From contig CAJFCJ010000026.1 in assembly GCA_904063045.1 (NCBI GenBank), positions 474,964-538,963 of the forward strand: a DNA stretch of 64,000 bases, read 5' to 3'. Below the pieces are notes generated by a model that did no database searches, was not told where the DNA came from, and saw only the letters and a list, made by a program, of their open reading frames with translations. Shown here in pieces: positions 39,731 through 50,835 of the stretch. The first letter of the stretch is position 1; every line of letters begins with the position of its first letter. Source of the stretch: Dimorphilus gyrociliatus (taxonomy: Eukaryota; Animalia; Annelida). The position numbers and the translations under genes were made by a program.

Positions 39731-40309
39731 TAAAAACAAAAAAAATAAAAGGAAGAAAAGATTCTTGTCCGGATGAAAAAGATGAAAACGATGATGATGA
39801 TAATGACAATTCTGATTAATATTATCTAATTAAAATTTCGCCTTATCCAATAAGGAAAAGGAGAATGAACTGCAGCAAATTCATCCTTTCATCTGACCAA
39901 ATTGATGAGGCCCCTGTCTTACTTATCAAATGACTAAAATCTCAATTAGCTCCATCTTTTGTACAAAATGTGAACTAAAAAACATTTGCATTTTGTCTAA
40001 CTTGTACTTTTGAAAAAATATTTAATTTCAGTGTGTCACGTGATATGGCTAGTTAGGAATTTATTAATATTCATTTAAAACATAAATATTTAGAAATTCA
40101 GTGAGCAAATGAATATTCAAAATTAGTTTATGAATATTCAAAAAATTTAATATGAGTAAATTTATGCCAAATTAACTAATGAATATTCATTATGGATTGT
40201 TAAATTTCCAATGGAAATAAATCTTACTTGTTCTTTTCTATAAACTTTATCAAGTATTGCTTAATCTTCACCTGAGTTACACTTTTTTTGACTTTTTGGA
40301 TTAGGAAAC

Positions 40310-42205
40310 AGGAACCATACTAGAATAGTTTTTAGGCGAAAAGAAGAGAGAGAGAGATAGAAAGGGGATTGGCATCCACATTATTATACTTTTTGCTTAC
40401 TTTTGTCACTTATCTAACACTAATTTACACTTATTATAGTGAGAACTTGAACCACACTAAAATGGTTTTTTAATGTGAAATGACAAGAAAATGTTGTGTT
40501 ATTTTGAAGACCAGGGAACCTCTCTAAAGTAATTTTAAAATGTTTCTTTTTTTTGTTAACCTTCACAGTTATCCACTACATTTATTAATTTCTTTGATAG
40601 AATGGGGAACCAGACTTATATGGTTTTTTTTAATTATTTAAATTTCACAACCATTTTCCAGACTGCCATTTTAAAAAATTTGAACTTGGTTTTAATGGTT
40701 AAAAGAGCCAGTCTAAAGTATATTTCAAATGTTGTTAAGGGAGAAGTAGTAGCATTCACTTTCTAATTTTTTTTAAAAAAGAAACAGGAACCACACTACA
40801 ACATTTTCCTTTTTTTAAAACCTATGATCTTTAATCTTCTGTCACCTCAGAGGCAAAATATTCAAAAATGTGGTTCCCCTACTCAATTTAAAATGTGATT
40901 TTTCCTAAGCGACAGGAACCATGCAAAAACCAATTTTTAAATATATTTCTAATAGACGGGAACCACATTAGAATAAATTTCCAAAAAGTCTGTTTTTTAT
41001 TTGAGAAGGAGAAATTTAGTGGAATACTAACACATACATTTTTTGAAGTGTATATCTTTAGAAATAGGGACATAAACCACACTAAAATATTTTTAAATGT
41101 TATGTGATAGATGATTGTTTGTTGTTACAATTTATTGACAAACAGACCAAAAATTGAAGGAGACCATGTACAGATTTTAAGAAAAGTTTGTTCCATAGTC
41201 AACAAATCTGAAAACAGTTTCTGTTCACAAAGTTCTTCTTTTAGCTAAACAAACTTTGTTCAATAAAATTTGAAAGAAGATATGCCAAACACATCAATTT
41301 TGGTAACATTTTAACCTTGTGTTGATTTTCTTTATAATATCATTTAATCTACCAGAATGTTCCTTAACCCTGTTTGAAATGAAAAGAGCATCTTTTGGAA
41401 GTTATGACTTGGAAATTGATCTTTGAGTACCATCCATATAGCCTTTTCAAAGTCAAGCACACATTTTCTGGGTGTTTCAAATTAAAGGTGATTTTATCTG
41501 AAACTTGAAGCACACAACAATTTTTCTTTTTCCTACTCATGAGAGCAAACCTTCACTTTCAAAAAAATCATTTTTATGATGGAACGGGTACCACACTAGA
41601 ATAATTTTTAAAAGCTTGGAATTTTTATATCCTTGTCTATAACACATCTTTACAATTTTTAGAATCTGTCACACATCACACCAGGAACCATATTACAATG
41701 CTTTTTAAAAGGTTTTCTTAAAAAGTAAAAACACCAGGAGTTTTTATACTGTGGAAGAGAACCACTCTACAAAACACAATTGAAAAAGTGCATTAGTACT
41801 AGAACTTGATCTAGATAATTTTAAAAATCAGTTTAAATTTGGAAAAGGAACCAGACTATTACAAATTTTTAATTGAATATTAGTGTAGTTTTTTATTCGG
41901 ACAGGAACCATGCTTCACATGCTTTTTAAATGACTTGCTATGTTTTTTTTGGAATTAGAACCATACTGTAATACATTTTAAAAATTTGTTTTGATTGGAA
42001 AGGTAACCACACTAGAAAAATTTTAAGTATGGTTTTTTATTTGAAAAGAACAGTGTACTAAATTAGATTTAAAAATATGTTTTGTTTTGTGGAAAGGAAA
42101 GGCTAACCATACTATTTTTGAATCACTACACAGTTAATTAGTTTATTTTTATTTAATTGGATATGGTTCAAATTTATGGAAAAGATGACAGGAACCACAC
42201 TAAAA
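40310..42205 (+). repeat. GGAACCA-N2-CTA motif array, block E (mostly + orientation)
   Basis: About 20 copies flanking the 41150-41560 MULE remnant; a further short run at 37676-37812. Confidence 0.85.
41150..41560 (-). mobile_element. Degraded MULE transposase central region
   Basis: MSRKRK..CVLDFEKAIWMVLKDQFP..(frameshift)RCSFHFKQ..KLMCLAYL..FRFVDY. Confidence 0.8.
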
Positions 42206-42369
42206 CACTTTTTGTTAATGTTGTGTTGTCCAAAAATATTGACAAGAATATTAAGGGATATTAAAAATAAGTGAATATTTTGAATATTCATGTTATGAAT
42301 ATTCAGTTTCAACTCATTAAAATTCTATGAATATTAATGAGGTGGATGATTTAAATATTAATTAGCTGA

Positions 42370-42770
42370 TAAGAGGAAGTGACGTTGTACAATGACGTCA
42401 TACTAATTATCTTGGTATAAAAAGCGTCGTCTGTCTGATGTTTCACGGTACAAAAATGTTAGTAGAATAAAGTGACAAAAACCATTCGTACAATGAGATG
42501 AACAGTTTGCTTTGGCAATAACTTAATGAATTTGCCCAATGTCAAACTAGCACTTTTAATTATGTATATCTACCATAGATCACGTGACAAATAAATATTC
42601 ATGATTGGAATCATGTGACAAAAATGAATATTTATAAGCAGTGATTATTCCACCATTTTATTTACGTCACATCCGGTATAAAAGATTTTCTAGATGGCGC
42701 TAAAATAGCTTTTAAAGTATCACGTGATCAAAATATCCTGTTATAAATACGGGTGAATTGTCATTCATAA
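42370..42770 (+). promoter_or_regulatory. Regulatory island: ETS, CRE, E-boxes, CTCF-like site and three TATA boxes
   Basis: ggaagtg ~42375, tgacgtca ~42393, tataaaaag ~42416, tcacgtga ~42580 and ~42720, tataaaag ~42677, ctagatggcgcta 42690-42702, tataaata 42742. Confidence 0.5.
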
Positions 42771-43315
42771 TCTTATAACCATCAAAGATGGTCGTCATCA
42801 ATCAGACAGATTGATTATGGGGCGCAATAATAATATTGCGTAATTATTAACCCAGTTTGGACATTAATCTCATTACATTACTCATGTTTCCCGCCAAAAT
42901 AATAATAAAATCTGTAATATATTTGAATGAAATGGCCATGTTTTCTATCTCCAGTTGGAAATTGTGACATAATAATCCGTGTTGATTATTACACTCGATA
43001 TACAAACAGCGTCTTTTCATTGAAATAATTAATTATCTGATGCCATTTTGATATTATCTACTCTTTAAAGTAGTAATTATAGTAGTAATAGTTGTTGTTG
43101 TTATATAATTTATCAATGATTCATTAGCTAAATCATGAAGATTGTACAGAGATTCCTTATCTTCTTCCCTCATCCTCTATATCTTCTTTAACTGTCTTTT
43201 TCCCTAGGTCAAAGGTTAAGTTTGAACAAAGAGGTAGAAAGCTAATTGTGCTTTTTGACAAAAATGAGGAAGCACTAACTACAACTAGTAGTAGTAGTTA
43301 CTACTTAACCATACT

Positions 43316-43499
43316 ATTTTTTAAAAACTGACGGGAACCATACTACTGTTTTTAAAACTGTTTATACTCTTACCAAATTACCCGAACCTGACAATGACGT
43401 GCGGAAAAGAAACCAGTCTAAATCAAGTCAAATGTACTTAACTAGTATGGTTCCTGTTTTTAATAATAGTAGTATGGTTCCCGTCAGTTTTTAAAAAAT
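43316..43499. repeat. Perfect 32-bp inverted repeat (43316-43347 / 43468-43499), MITE-like
   Basis: attttttaaaaactgacgggaaccatactact is the exact reverse complement of agtagtatggttcccgtcagtttttaaaaaat; 120-bp loop. Confidence 0.93.
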
Positions 43500-43619
43500 G
43501 TTTATAAAAAACTTTGTTAAAGTTATTGTAGATTTAGTCTGGTTCCGTACCCGTTAAAGAATATTTTGCAGTAATTGAGCAGAAAAGTCTAGGATTGAAG
43601 AAATTACATGTTGACTTCA

Positions 43620-44000
43620 TGATATCTGTAAAGGTGATATTTACTATGCAAAAACATACATTCATTTAATTTTGCTTAATATTACAGAAATGATAGATAA
43701 TAAGTGTTCATCATGCAAAAGTTTGAGTGACAGATATTATCAGTTGTAATCAATGATGATTCCATTGTAAAAGCTGCTCTGACTTGAAGTATTTTCATAA
43801 AGAGTAAACATAAACAAAAATCATAACAAAAGGAAAAGCCTTATTGTCATGCAGACATCAAGTCATCTGGAAGAGCAATTGCTGAAGATTTTCTAATTGA
43901 TTAAAATGAAAGTGAAAATAGCTTATCAAAATTGGAAAATCTGAGGAGATTTGCTAAAATTAATCAATGAACCGCCAGTATTTGGCATCTGTTTTTGAAT
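43620..44000 (+). mobile_element. Possible highly decayed PHD-MULE remnant
   Basis: CSSCKS, SSGRAIAEDFL and LSKLENLRRFA weakly parallel FLCNIC, SSGKCLAEEVL and IPSMDNCARLA of the 25324-26406 ORF. Confidence 0.35.
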
Positions 44001-45900
44001 AAGATGTAACAAGTTTGACATGCATTTTTTCTATATTGTTTGTTCCATTGTTAATTCTATAATGCAACATCTGTTTTGGTCAAAGAATTATACTTTGTGC
44101 GAACTAAAAGCCTTTCTAGAATTCAAAACATCTAATTCCACTAAATAAGATCTTTCTTAGGTTTGGGTTATTAATTCCATCAAAAAGTGGTTTTTTCTAA
44201 TATTTCACTATTCTAATTCCTTTAAAATAAGATCCATTTTCTTTAGATGGGTTCGGGTTTCAGTTTTATTATTTCATTCATCTGGAAATTTCTGGAATTA
44301 GAACCATGCTATAGTAAGTCGACGGGGGTATATATTGTGGCTCCATCTGTTGTACAGAAAATTTAGAGTGTACATTATTTTTGAAGTTGTTCTTTTCTTT
44401 TGAAAAGATAATATTCCAGTTTTAGAATGAACTAACCTCTAAAATTAACCTCGACCTTTAATCTTAAAAAGCTATTAATATAACTAAATAGACTGGTTCC
44501 TAATCCATAAAGTATATGAAATTTATATATATTATAATCTTCTTAGAATGGTTGTTGTTCCATTAAAAAGTATTTTAAAAACAGTTTAACCTTTTGACCT
44601 TTCCAAATTAAAAATAGAAAATCAATTGGCAGACAGATTTATACAAAGTGGCAAAATATTGAAATGAAGGTTAAAGTAAAGGTTTATTAAAATTAATTAC
44701 AGCAAGGTGAAGGTTGAACACAACCATCAATAAACTTACATTTACATTATATTAATTTAAAGTGACCTTGTTTGACCTTTTGAAGACAACTTGAACCACT
44801 TTTAATATTTTTTACTGGACTGGTTTCTAATTTGGAAAAGATAATTCCTTTTATTAAAAATTTGTATCAATGTGAAGGCCATTAGAAAAAAAAACGAAAA
44901 TTATTTGAATTTCAAAAAAAGAAATCTGGTTCTTATTCCGCAGTAAGTCTATTCCATTTTTTACCGATGTATGAGTTTCTTTCATCAGACGGCGCTTTGT
45001 ATATAAGTTGAGCAAATGTTTCAAAAAAATTCAAAACTTTAAACATTAGAAAAGTGAACAAATGATTAAAGGACAGAAACCAGTTTAATTTACATAATGA
45101 AGTATGAAATGAATCCTTATCCTTTTTTCTAAAAAAGTGGTTAAAAAAAAACAATTTGAGAAGAACACGAACCATACTATAGTCATTTTTGTCTATTTTT
45201 TTCACCCTTTCTACTTGTCAATTAGAAAAGTAAAAATCAGACTGGTTCCTATTCATTAAAATATCTTTTAAAGAAAACCTACACTATGATCCTAAACAAA
45301 CAAATAATAAAAAATTTATATTTATACTGATATAAATAATTTTTTGTGTGGAATAGGGAACCAGTTTTTTCTTTATCGAGATTAACAAGTTTAAAAAATC
45401 TTATATTACATATTATAATTACTTTAAGAATTATCATTTAGTTGACCTTTACCCTTGATTTACTTTCTAGTTGAGTTTTGGATGTCTTCTATTACAACAA
45501 AATTTTAGAGTGCTTCATGAATATTCAAAACCAAACTATTTATTAAAGAGAACCCGTCGAATTAGGGTTCTTGAAGGTGAAGGTTGGAAATTGAAAGTAA
45601 AGTCACATTGTATAATTAATATTCTACAATTCCTTTTTAGCGGAAAAGGAACCAGACTATATAAAATTTGAATTAGTGTAAAACGAACGTCATTTTAAAA
45701 AAATCCATCATTTAATATAGTTAGACTGGTTTCTATTTTATTTTAAAAATTAGACTGGTTTGATCTTTTGGAAGGAATCTTCAAGACAAACTGAACACCT
45801 TAGATTCTGTTTGATTAAAATATGGCTGAATATACTTATGACAAACTTGAAATACGAAGCTTGAATAATTATAAATTCAACAACAAAAAGATATTGTATA

Positions 45901-45914
45901 GCTCCCTCTGGCGG
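45901..45914 (-). promoter_or_regulatory. CTCF-like motif at the repeat-domain/gene boundary
   Basis: Minus strand CCGCCAGAGGGAGC versus consensus CCASYAGRKGGCRS. Confidence 0.5.
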
Positions 45915-46152
45915 ACAATAGGTATTCCTGTATCTGTGACAAATAGTAATTAAATGATATTGTTTAAAATTTATTTTGTGTAGGAAGAATCATTTGTTAC
46001 TGATGGAACAGATGTAAGAGGGGAACAAAATACCCGTACGCCGTATCTGTTTTTAAGGGCATTTTTACATCCTAATAAAATTTTAGAACAAAAGAGATAG
46101 AAGAGTATTTAAGTAAGAACTGAATGATGATTGTTGTTGAATGAATGAATGA

Positions 46153-48258
46153 ATGATGAATCTCTTCCTATTGCTAATTGGCGTTGTTGGACTTGTTGTT
46201 GGCTTTTCTACAGGCGTTCCGGTTTTTACGGATCGTAGAATGGTGAAAATTCAAAATTTCAAAAGGGTTCAACGTTCTCCCAATGATCATTATGAAATTC
46301 ACGTTGACGTTCCCGTCGAAGATGAGATCGTCTCACTCGAATTGAAGAGAAACGCCGATATTAACCCGAATATGAAGATTGAATTCGAAAATCGAGAATT
46401 GGCTAAAGGCCATCTGAAAGGTGTTTTTCCCTATCAAGACATCAATTCGGGAGCCGCAGTTATGGTCTCCGAGAAGATAATCGACGGAAGAGTGAAAAGA
46501 TCTATTGAAGGAAAATTCGAACACCGCGGTATGGAAATTCTTATCTCTCCTACAATTAACAACGAAGATGGAGAGCATTTTATCGATACACCGTCTCCAT
46601 CGGAAAGAGACGCCAGTAGTCAACCTATATCATTCAAGGTTGAAGAAAGGATTAAAGATAATATGAAGAGATCAGTAGCTAAACCTCATTATCACGTTGA
46701 AGCTGTAAATATTATCGACTATACTATTTGGGATTTTTTCCTTCAAATCACATCCGGAAATGACGAAAATGAGGCTGTTTCAAAGATTAGATACCAGTTT
46801 TTTCATATCATGAACGGAGTTGATCTTGCGTATAGAAGAATCAACGATCCCAGATATATGATTTCCGTATTTGTTAAGAAAATGATGATTATTAGACAAA
46901 AAGAAAATTGTCCATTTACGGATGGACCCAGTCCGTTAAGGGTTAGGTCGAATAGCGGTAGAGAGGCAATCGATGCCAGGGAATCGTTGAAACGCTTGAC
47001 CACGTGGATGAGAGATCCTACCAATACGGGTGGAGAAGATTGGATGGATTGGGATCATACGTTTCTATGGACCAAGAAAGATTTATACAGCAGTTCCAGT
47101 TACACTACAGTCGGAGTGTCTTACGTTGCGAGAGTGTGTACGGAGACGGGAACGTCGGTTAACGAATATATTGGTATGAGCTCTTGGAAAATTGCCGCTC
47201 ACGAGTTGGCTCATAATCTTGGATCCTATCATGATGGAATGGAAACCAGCGCAGCGTGTTCACCGAACGATAAAAATATTATGTCACCCTCATTTGGTAG
47301 TCTCCATGTTGCCAGTATAAGAAATTCTTTCGCGTTTAGTCAATGCTCAATTGATGCCATTTACGAATCCATTAACGGAAATGACAAAGACGGATTCCCC
47401 AGAACTTGCATTATGAATAAAGTATGCGGAAACGACGCATTCAATCAGGATGAAATCACTCAGGACAATCAAGCTCCGGGCGCTATTTATTCGTTGGAAG
47501 AACAATGCGTATTGATATTCGGCAACGGAGCCGCTCCTGACGACAGATGCACAAACGAAAGAGATAATGTTTGTCAACGTCTTGTTTGTAAGGTAGGAAT
47601 GTATTGCCGTGCGCAAGATCCGGGAGCGGAGGACGGAAGTCCTTGCGGCGAGGATAAAGTATGTATTAAGGGTAATTGCGTCCATTCGTCCCAGTTAAGT
47701 TTCCGTAGAATGAAGAACCATAATTCCGATTGTACGTCGGGAGTGACTTTGCAAAGGACCGTTCCGCCTGGTTGTACTAATACGGCATTGAATATTCGAA
47801 CCTATATCGATAGATCGTATAGACTGGTTACGTCTTGCGAAGAGTATGTTACCCACTATCCGGAAGAGTGTTTTAGCGGCGTTGAAGACGACTGCTGCAA
47901 GAAGTGTAGCGAAATGGGTTTGACTCGGGCCAACACTCAGATAGCCAACTCGAATTCCGCTTGCGATCCGAATCCTTGCAAGAACAGCGGCGTATGCCGC
48001 CAATACGGTAGCTCCGCTTACGTATGCGAATGTCCAGCCGGAAGTGGAGGAAAGGATTGCGATAGAGGAGAGAGCGAAGGCGGACCGCCCATCGTTCAAA
48101 CTGTTCCAACGCCGCCCTGCATAGATGAAAATATCAGAGTTACCGTCTATGGCGATAATAGCAATGTAGTAGGTTGTAGTGACGGAGCATCGCAATACGG
48201 TGCTAATTTTTGCAGACAAGTTGGTCAATATTGCTGCCTCTCCTGCAAAGATGTTTAA
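46153..48258 (+). CDS. Secreted reprolysin (M12B, ADAMTS-like) zinc metalloprotease with Cys-rich, EGF and two ShK-like domains; single exon, 701 aa
   Basis: Hydrophobic signal peptide; prodomain ending MKRS; HELAHNLGSYHD zinc motif; Met-turn NIMSP; ADAMTS-type Cys-rich module (YSLEEQC..DGSPCG..VCIKGNC); EGF CDPNPCKNSGVC..CECPAGSGGKDC; two modules ending CCxxC; no transmembrane segment; markedly higher GC than the flanks. Confidence 0.95.
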   Translation: MMNLFLLLIGVVGLVVGFSTGVPVFTDRRMVKIQNFKRVQRSPNDHYEIHVDVPVEDEIVSLELKRNADINPNMKIEFENRELAKGHLKGVFPYQDINSGAAVMVSEKIIDGRVKRSIEGKFEHRGMEILISPTINNEDGEHFIDTPSPSERDASSQPISFKVEERIKDNMKRSVAKPHYHVEAVNIIDYTIWDFFLQITSGNDENEAVSKIRYQFFHIMNGVDLAYRRINDPRYMISVFVKKMMIIRQKENCPFTDGPSPLRVRSNSGREAIDARESLKRLTTWMRDPTNTGGEDWMDWDHTFLWTKKDLYSSSSYTTVGVSYVARVCTETGTSVNEYIGMSSWKIAAHELAHNLGSYHDGMETSAACSPNDKNIMSPSFGSLHVASIRNSFAFSQCSIDAIYESINGNDKDGFPRTCIMNKVCGNDAFNQDEITQDNQAPGAIYSLEEQCVLIFGNGAAPDDRCTNERDNVCQRLVCKVGMYCRAQDPGAEDGSPCGEDKVCIKGNCVHSSQLSFRRMKNHNSDCTSGVTLQRTVPPGCTNTALNIRTYIDRSYRLVTSCEEYVTHYPEECFSGVEDDCCKKCSEMGLTRANTQIANSNSACDPNPCKNSGVCRQYGSSAYVCECPAGSGGKDCDRGESEGGPPIVQTVPTPPCIDENIRVTVYGDNSNVVGCSDGASQYGANFCRQVGQYCCLSCKDV

Positions 48259-48736
48259 ACTCCAGCAAAATAAAATACGATTTACTCTAAAATACACTTA
48301 ATCAAGCACATTTAAAAAAAAAGACAAAAGTATTCATTTCCTCCCTGATTAGGCCGTATGCCTAATATTATTAATATACGAAAGGTCAAGGTTACTTTCG
48401 TTATATCGAAAAATCCTGAAACGATAATAGAGTTGGAAGATTCCTCTATACTATATATATAAATAATTAATTGTTGAAAAGTTTGCAAAACATGACATAC
48501 TTTTGACATAGGTTTGTTGAGAACTAATCCCTTCTAACATTAGTAACAATGGGTAAGTATCATTCATCCAATTCTTAACTGAATCCTTGTATATCCTTCT
48601 ATATCCATCTTGTCGGCAAGAAAGTACACTTACATTTCCGATTTCAGTAAAAACTCATCATTTATGCGTGTTAAAAAACAAATAAATTTAATTAAATAAA
48701 TAAAAGTTTGTATTTAATTATAAGATAGATAGAATA

Positions 48737-50214
48737 CTATTTTAATTGGAAATTGTATAGGCGACGATCGTGCTTTTGACGCTTTACAGCTTCGCATAAA
48801 AATCTTAATATATCATTGTCAATAAACGTGTCGCACACTTGTTTATGATAATTTAGTATATTGCTTCGAAGTTGCTGCTGGTCGTGTCCGTAGAATGGAT
48901 GCTTTTTATAACATAGTTCGTAGATCATTACGCCCAAGGCCCAGATGTCGGCTTTGTCGCTAAGTTCCTTGTTCAATATAACTTCCGGTGCATGGTAGGT
49001 AAAATTGGTTACGCCTTCCAATCTACAAGGGTTGGCCAATCTAAATGCATGCCTAAAGCCGGAAAACTTGATGGTTCCACTTTTAATAAGAATACTAAAA
49101 AGTAAAACACAAATATTTACAAAAAAAGAACAATAAAATAAATAATAAACCTACCAATCAGGTTTTAAATTACCGTGACCAAAGCCATTCTCGTGTAGGA
49201 ATAATAAACCGTTCTTCATTTGATAAACATATTGCTTTATCATTGCGATAGTTAACATGGCATTTTCGTGTATCTCTTGACGAAGCGTCGTATTACCTCT
49301 CTCGAATACAAAAACAAACTTCTTTTTAAACACAAAAGCTAGACAAACAAACGAAATTCTTATCTAATTATCTAATAAAAAACAAAATTCTTATCTATTT
49401 ACAGTCAATCAATAGAATTATATTTTCGTGCTTCAGCCGCAATATATCAGATTCAACTTTATTGAACACTTGAAAATGGGTAAGTTGTACCTCTTCATTT
49501 TTACGGTTTTTACCCAAATAGATAGCCAACGATCTATCTTTACTAATAGACGACAAAGCTTCAATTTTATAATTCTTAATCTTCTTGATAGTAAGATAAA
49601 CTTTTCCCAAAATTATCTTATTATCCTCATTATCTTCTAGGTGTATAACCAAGTGCTTTTTAAGATTTTGTCTATCAAAGAACCTGGCTCTACAACTTTC
49701 GCATTTAAACGGTCTTTTCTAAACGAAATTAATTAAATATAAAAATACCGATAATATTAAACCTAAAATATTAAAAATAACTTACAGTATTACTTTTTTG
49801 AACTTTTTTAACTGATATTAATTCCATGTTACTAGTTTCTTTCTATAGAACAAAGAAACGTTCCATTAAAAGAACGTTTTTCAAAAAAAGTCTTTAACTA
49901 ATTTTTTTTAGTTGAAATAGACAAACCTCTTTATTTAATGCACAATTTACAAGCTGATGTCCTCTAAAGAACCGCTTCTCACAATAAACCAATTGACAAT
50001 CTATACATTCGTACTATTTGGTAGACGCGAAAAAAAAGAAACCCACGTGGAATAGAGAAAATTACTAAATATTTTAAAAATTATTCGACAAAAACTTACA
50101 AAACCGTTGTCCAACATCTTTACTTTACCAAGATACAACTGTACGAAAATAAATAATTCATATATTACCTTTATTACGACTAATATTTCAAAAAATTACT
50201 TTATTAGCTGCCAT
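48737..50214 (-). CDS. Zinc-finger (C2HC + C2H2) pseudokinase fusion protein, 7 exons, 351 aa
   Basis: Exons 50214-50200, 50138-50100, 50013-49927, 49842-49786, 49718-49403, 49338-49155, 49094-48737. All six introns (60-86 bp) are GT-AG and phases join into one open frame. Motifs: CIDC..H..C, KRPFKCESC..F..NLKKHLVIH, LKHENII, LHENGFGHGNLKPDCILI, KFSGFRHA, YHAPE, DIWALG. Confidence 0.88.
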
Positions 50215-50514
50215 TTTCAACTTGTCTGCTCGGTAGCGTAATGGAAAAGGAAGTCTAATCGTTCAACATGGTTCGTAGTTCCATTCCGCGAAATCACACA
50301 AAAAAAACATGAAAAAAAACGTTTTTTACAAGAGTGTTTAACAAAATGGAATAAAATAATATAGTTTTTTTTTCATGAAAATAATAATTTATAATTTTTT
50401 AATGAATGTTATTTACAAAAAGGGCAAAAAATAGATAAAACTATTAAAAAACTATTTTATCTTAACCCTTAAAAAAAAATAGTTCCGTGCTATACCTCTA
50501 AAATACGCGCTTTT

Positions 50515-50835
50515 CTTTTTTTTTGGGAAATTCTTAAACGTCACTTCCGGTAACCCTATTCTATTACGTCATTTATATATTAATGATAAACGGGAAAAAC
50601 GAGAGATTGGACAATAATATCTTTTATATTAACTTTTATATATGTAAAAAAAAAAAGTATTTTTTAATATTCAATTAAATTGTTGTTTTTTTCAGATAGC
50701 GTAAGCTTACAAAATAAGATAGGAAATTCCAAAATTTTTTCAAAGGAAATCCATGACGTCAGTCGGAAGTGATCGTAAAAAAAATTACAACAAAATGGCC
50801 GAAATCACGAATGATGACGGCGGCCATCTTTAATT
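50515..50835. promoter_or_regulatory. Promoter region upstream of the pseudokinase gene (ETS, CRE, YY1-like sites)
   Basis: gtcacttccggt ~50541, atgacgtcagtcggaagtg ~50754, caaaatggccg ~50791, cggccatctt ~50821. Confidence 0.5.

Larger units (their letters stand above)
43300..45760. repeat. GGAACCA-N2-CTA motif array, block F (AACCAG variant enriched)
   Basis: About 20 copies, e.g. 43334, 43409, 43470, 43536, 44490, 45168, 45240, 45648, 45723. Confidence 0.85.

Noticed and set aside
46333-48297. Minus-strand ORFs 46333-46623, 46803-47024, 47347-47685, 47695-48297 and 47873-48109
   Set aside because: Antisense shadows of the GC-richer protease CDS with no recognisable motifs.
48268-48322. 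Poly(A) tail remnant after the protease gene as proof of retroposition
   Set aside because: Only an A9 run downstream of AATAAA; such runs are everywhere in this window and no TSD is seen.
48540-48736. Additional 3' exon of the pseudokinase
   Set aside because: No convincing donor before the stop at 48737 and no kinase subdomain XI motif downstream.
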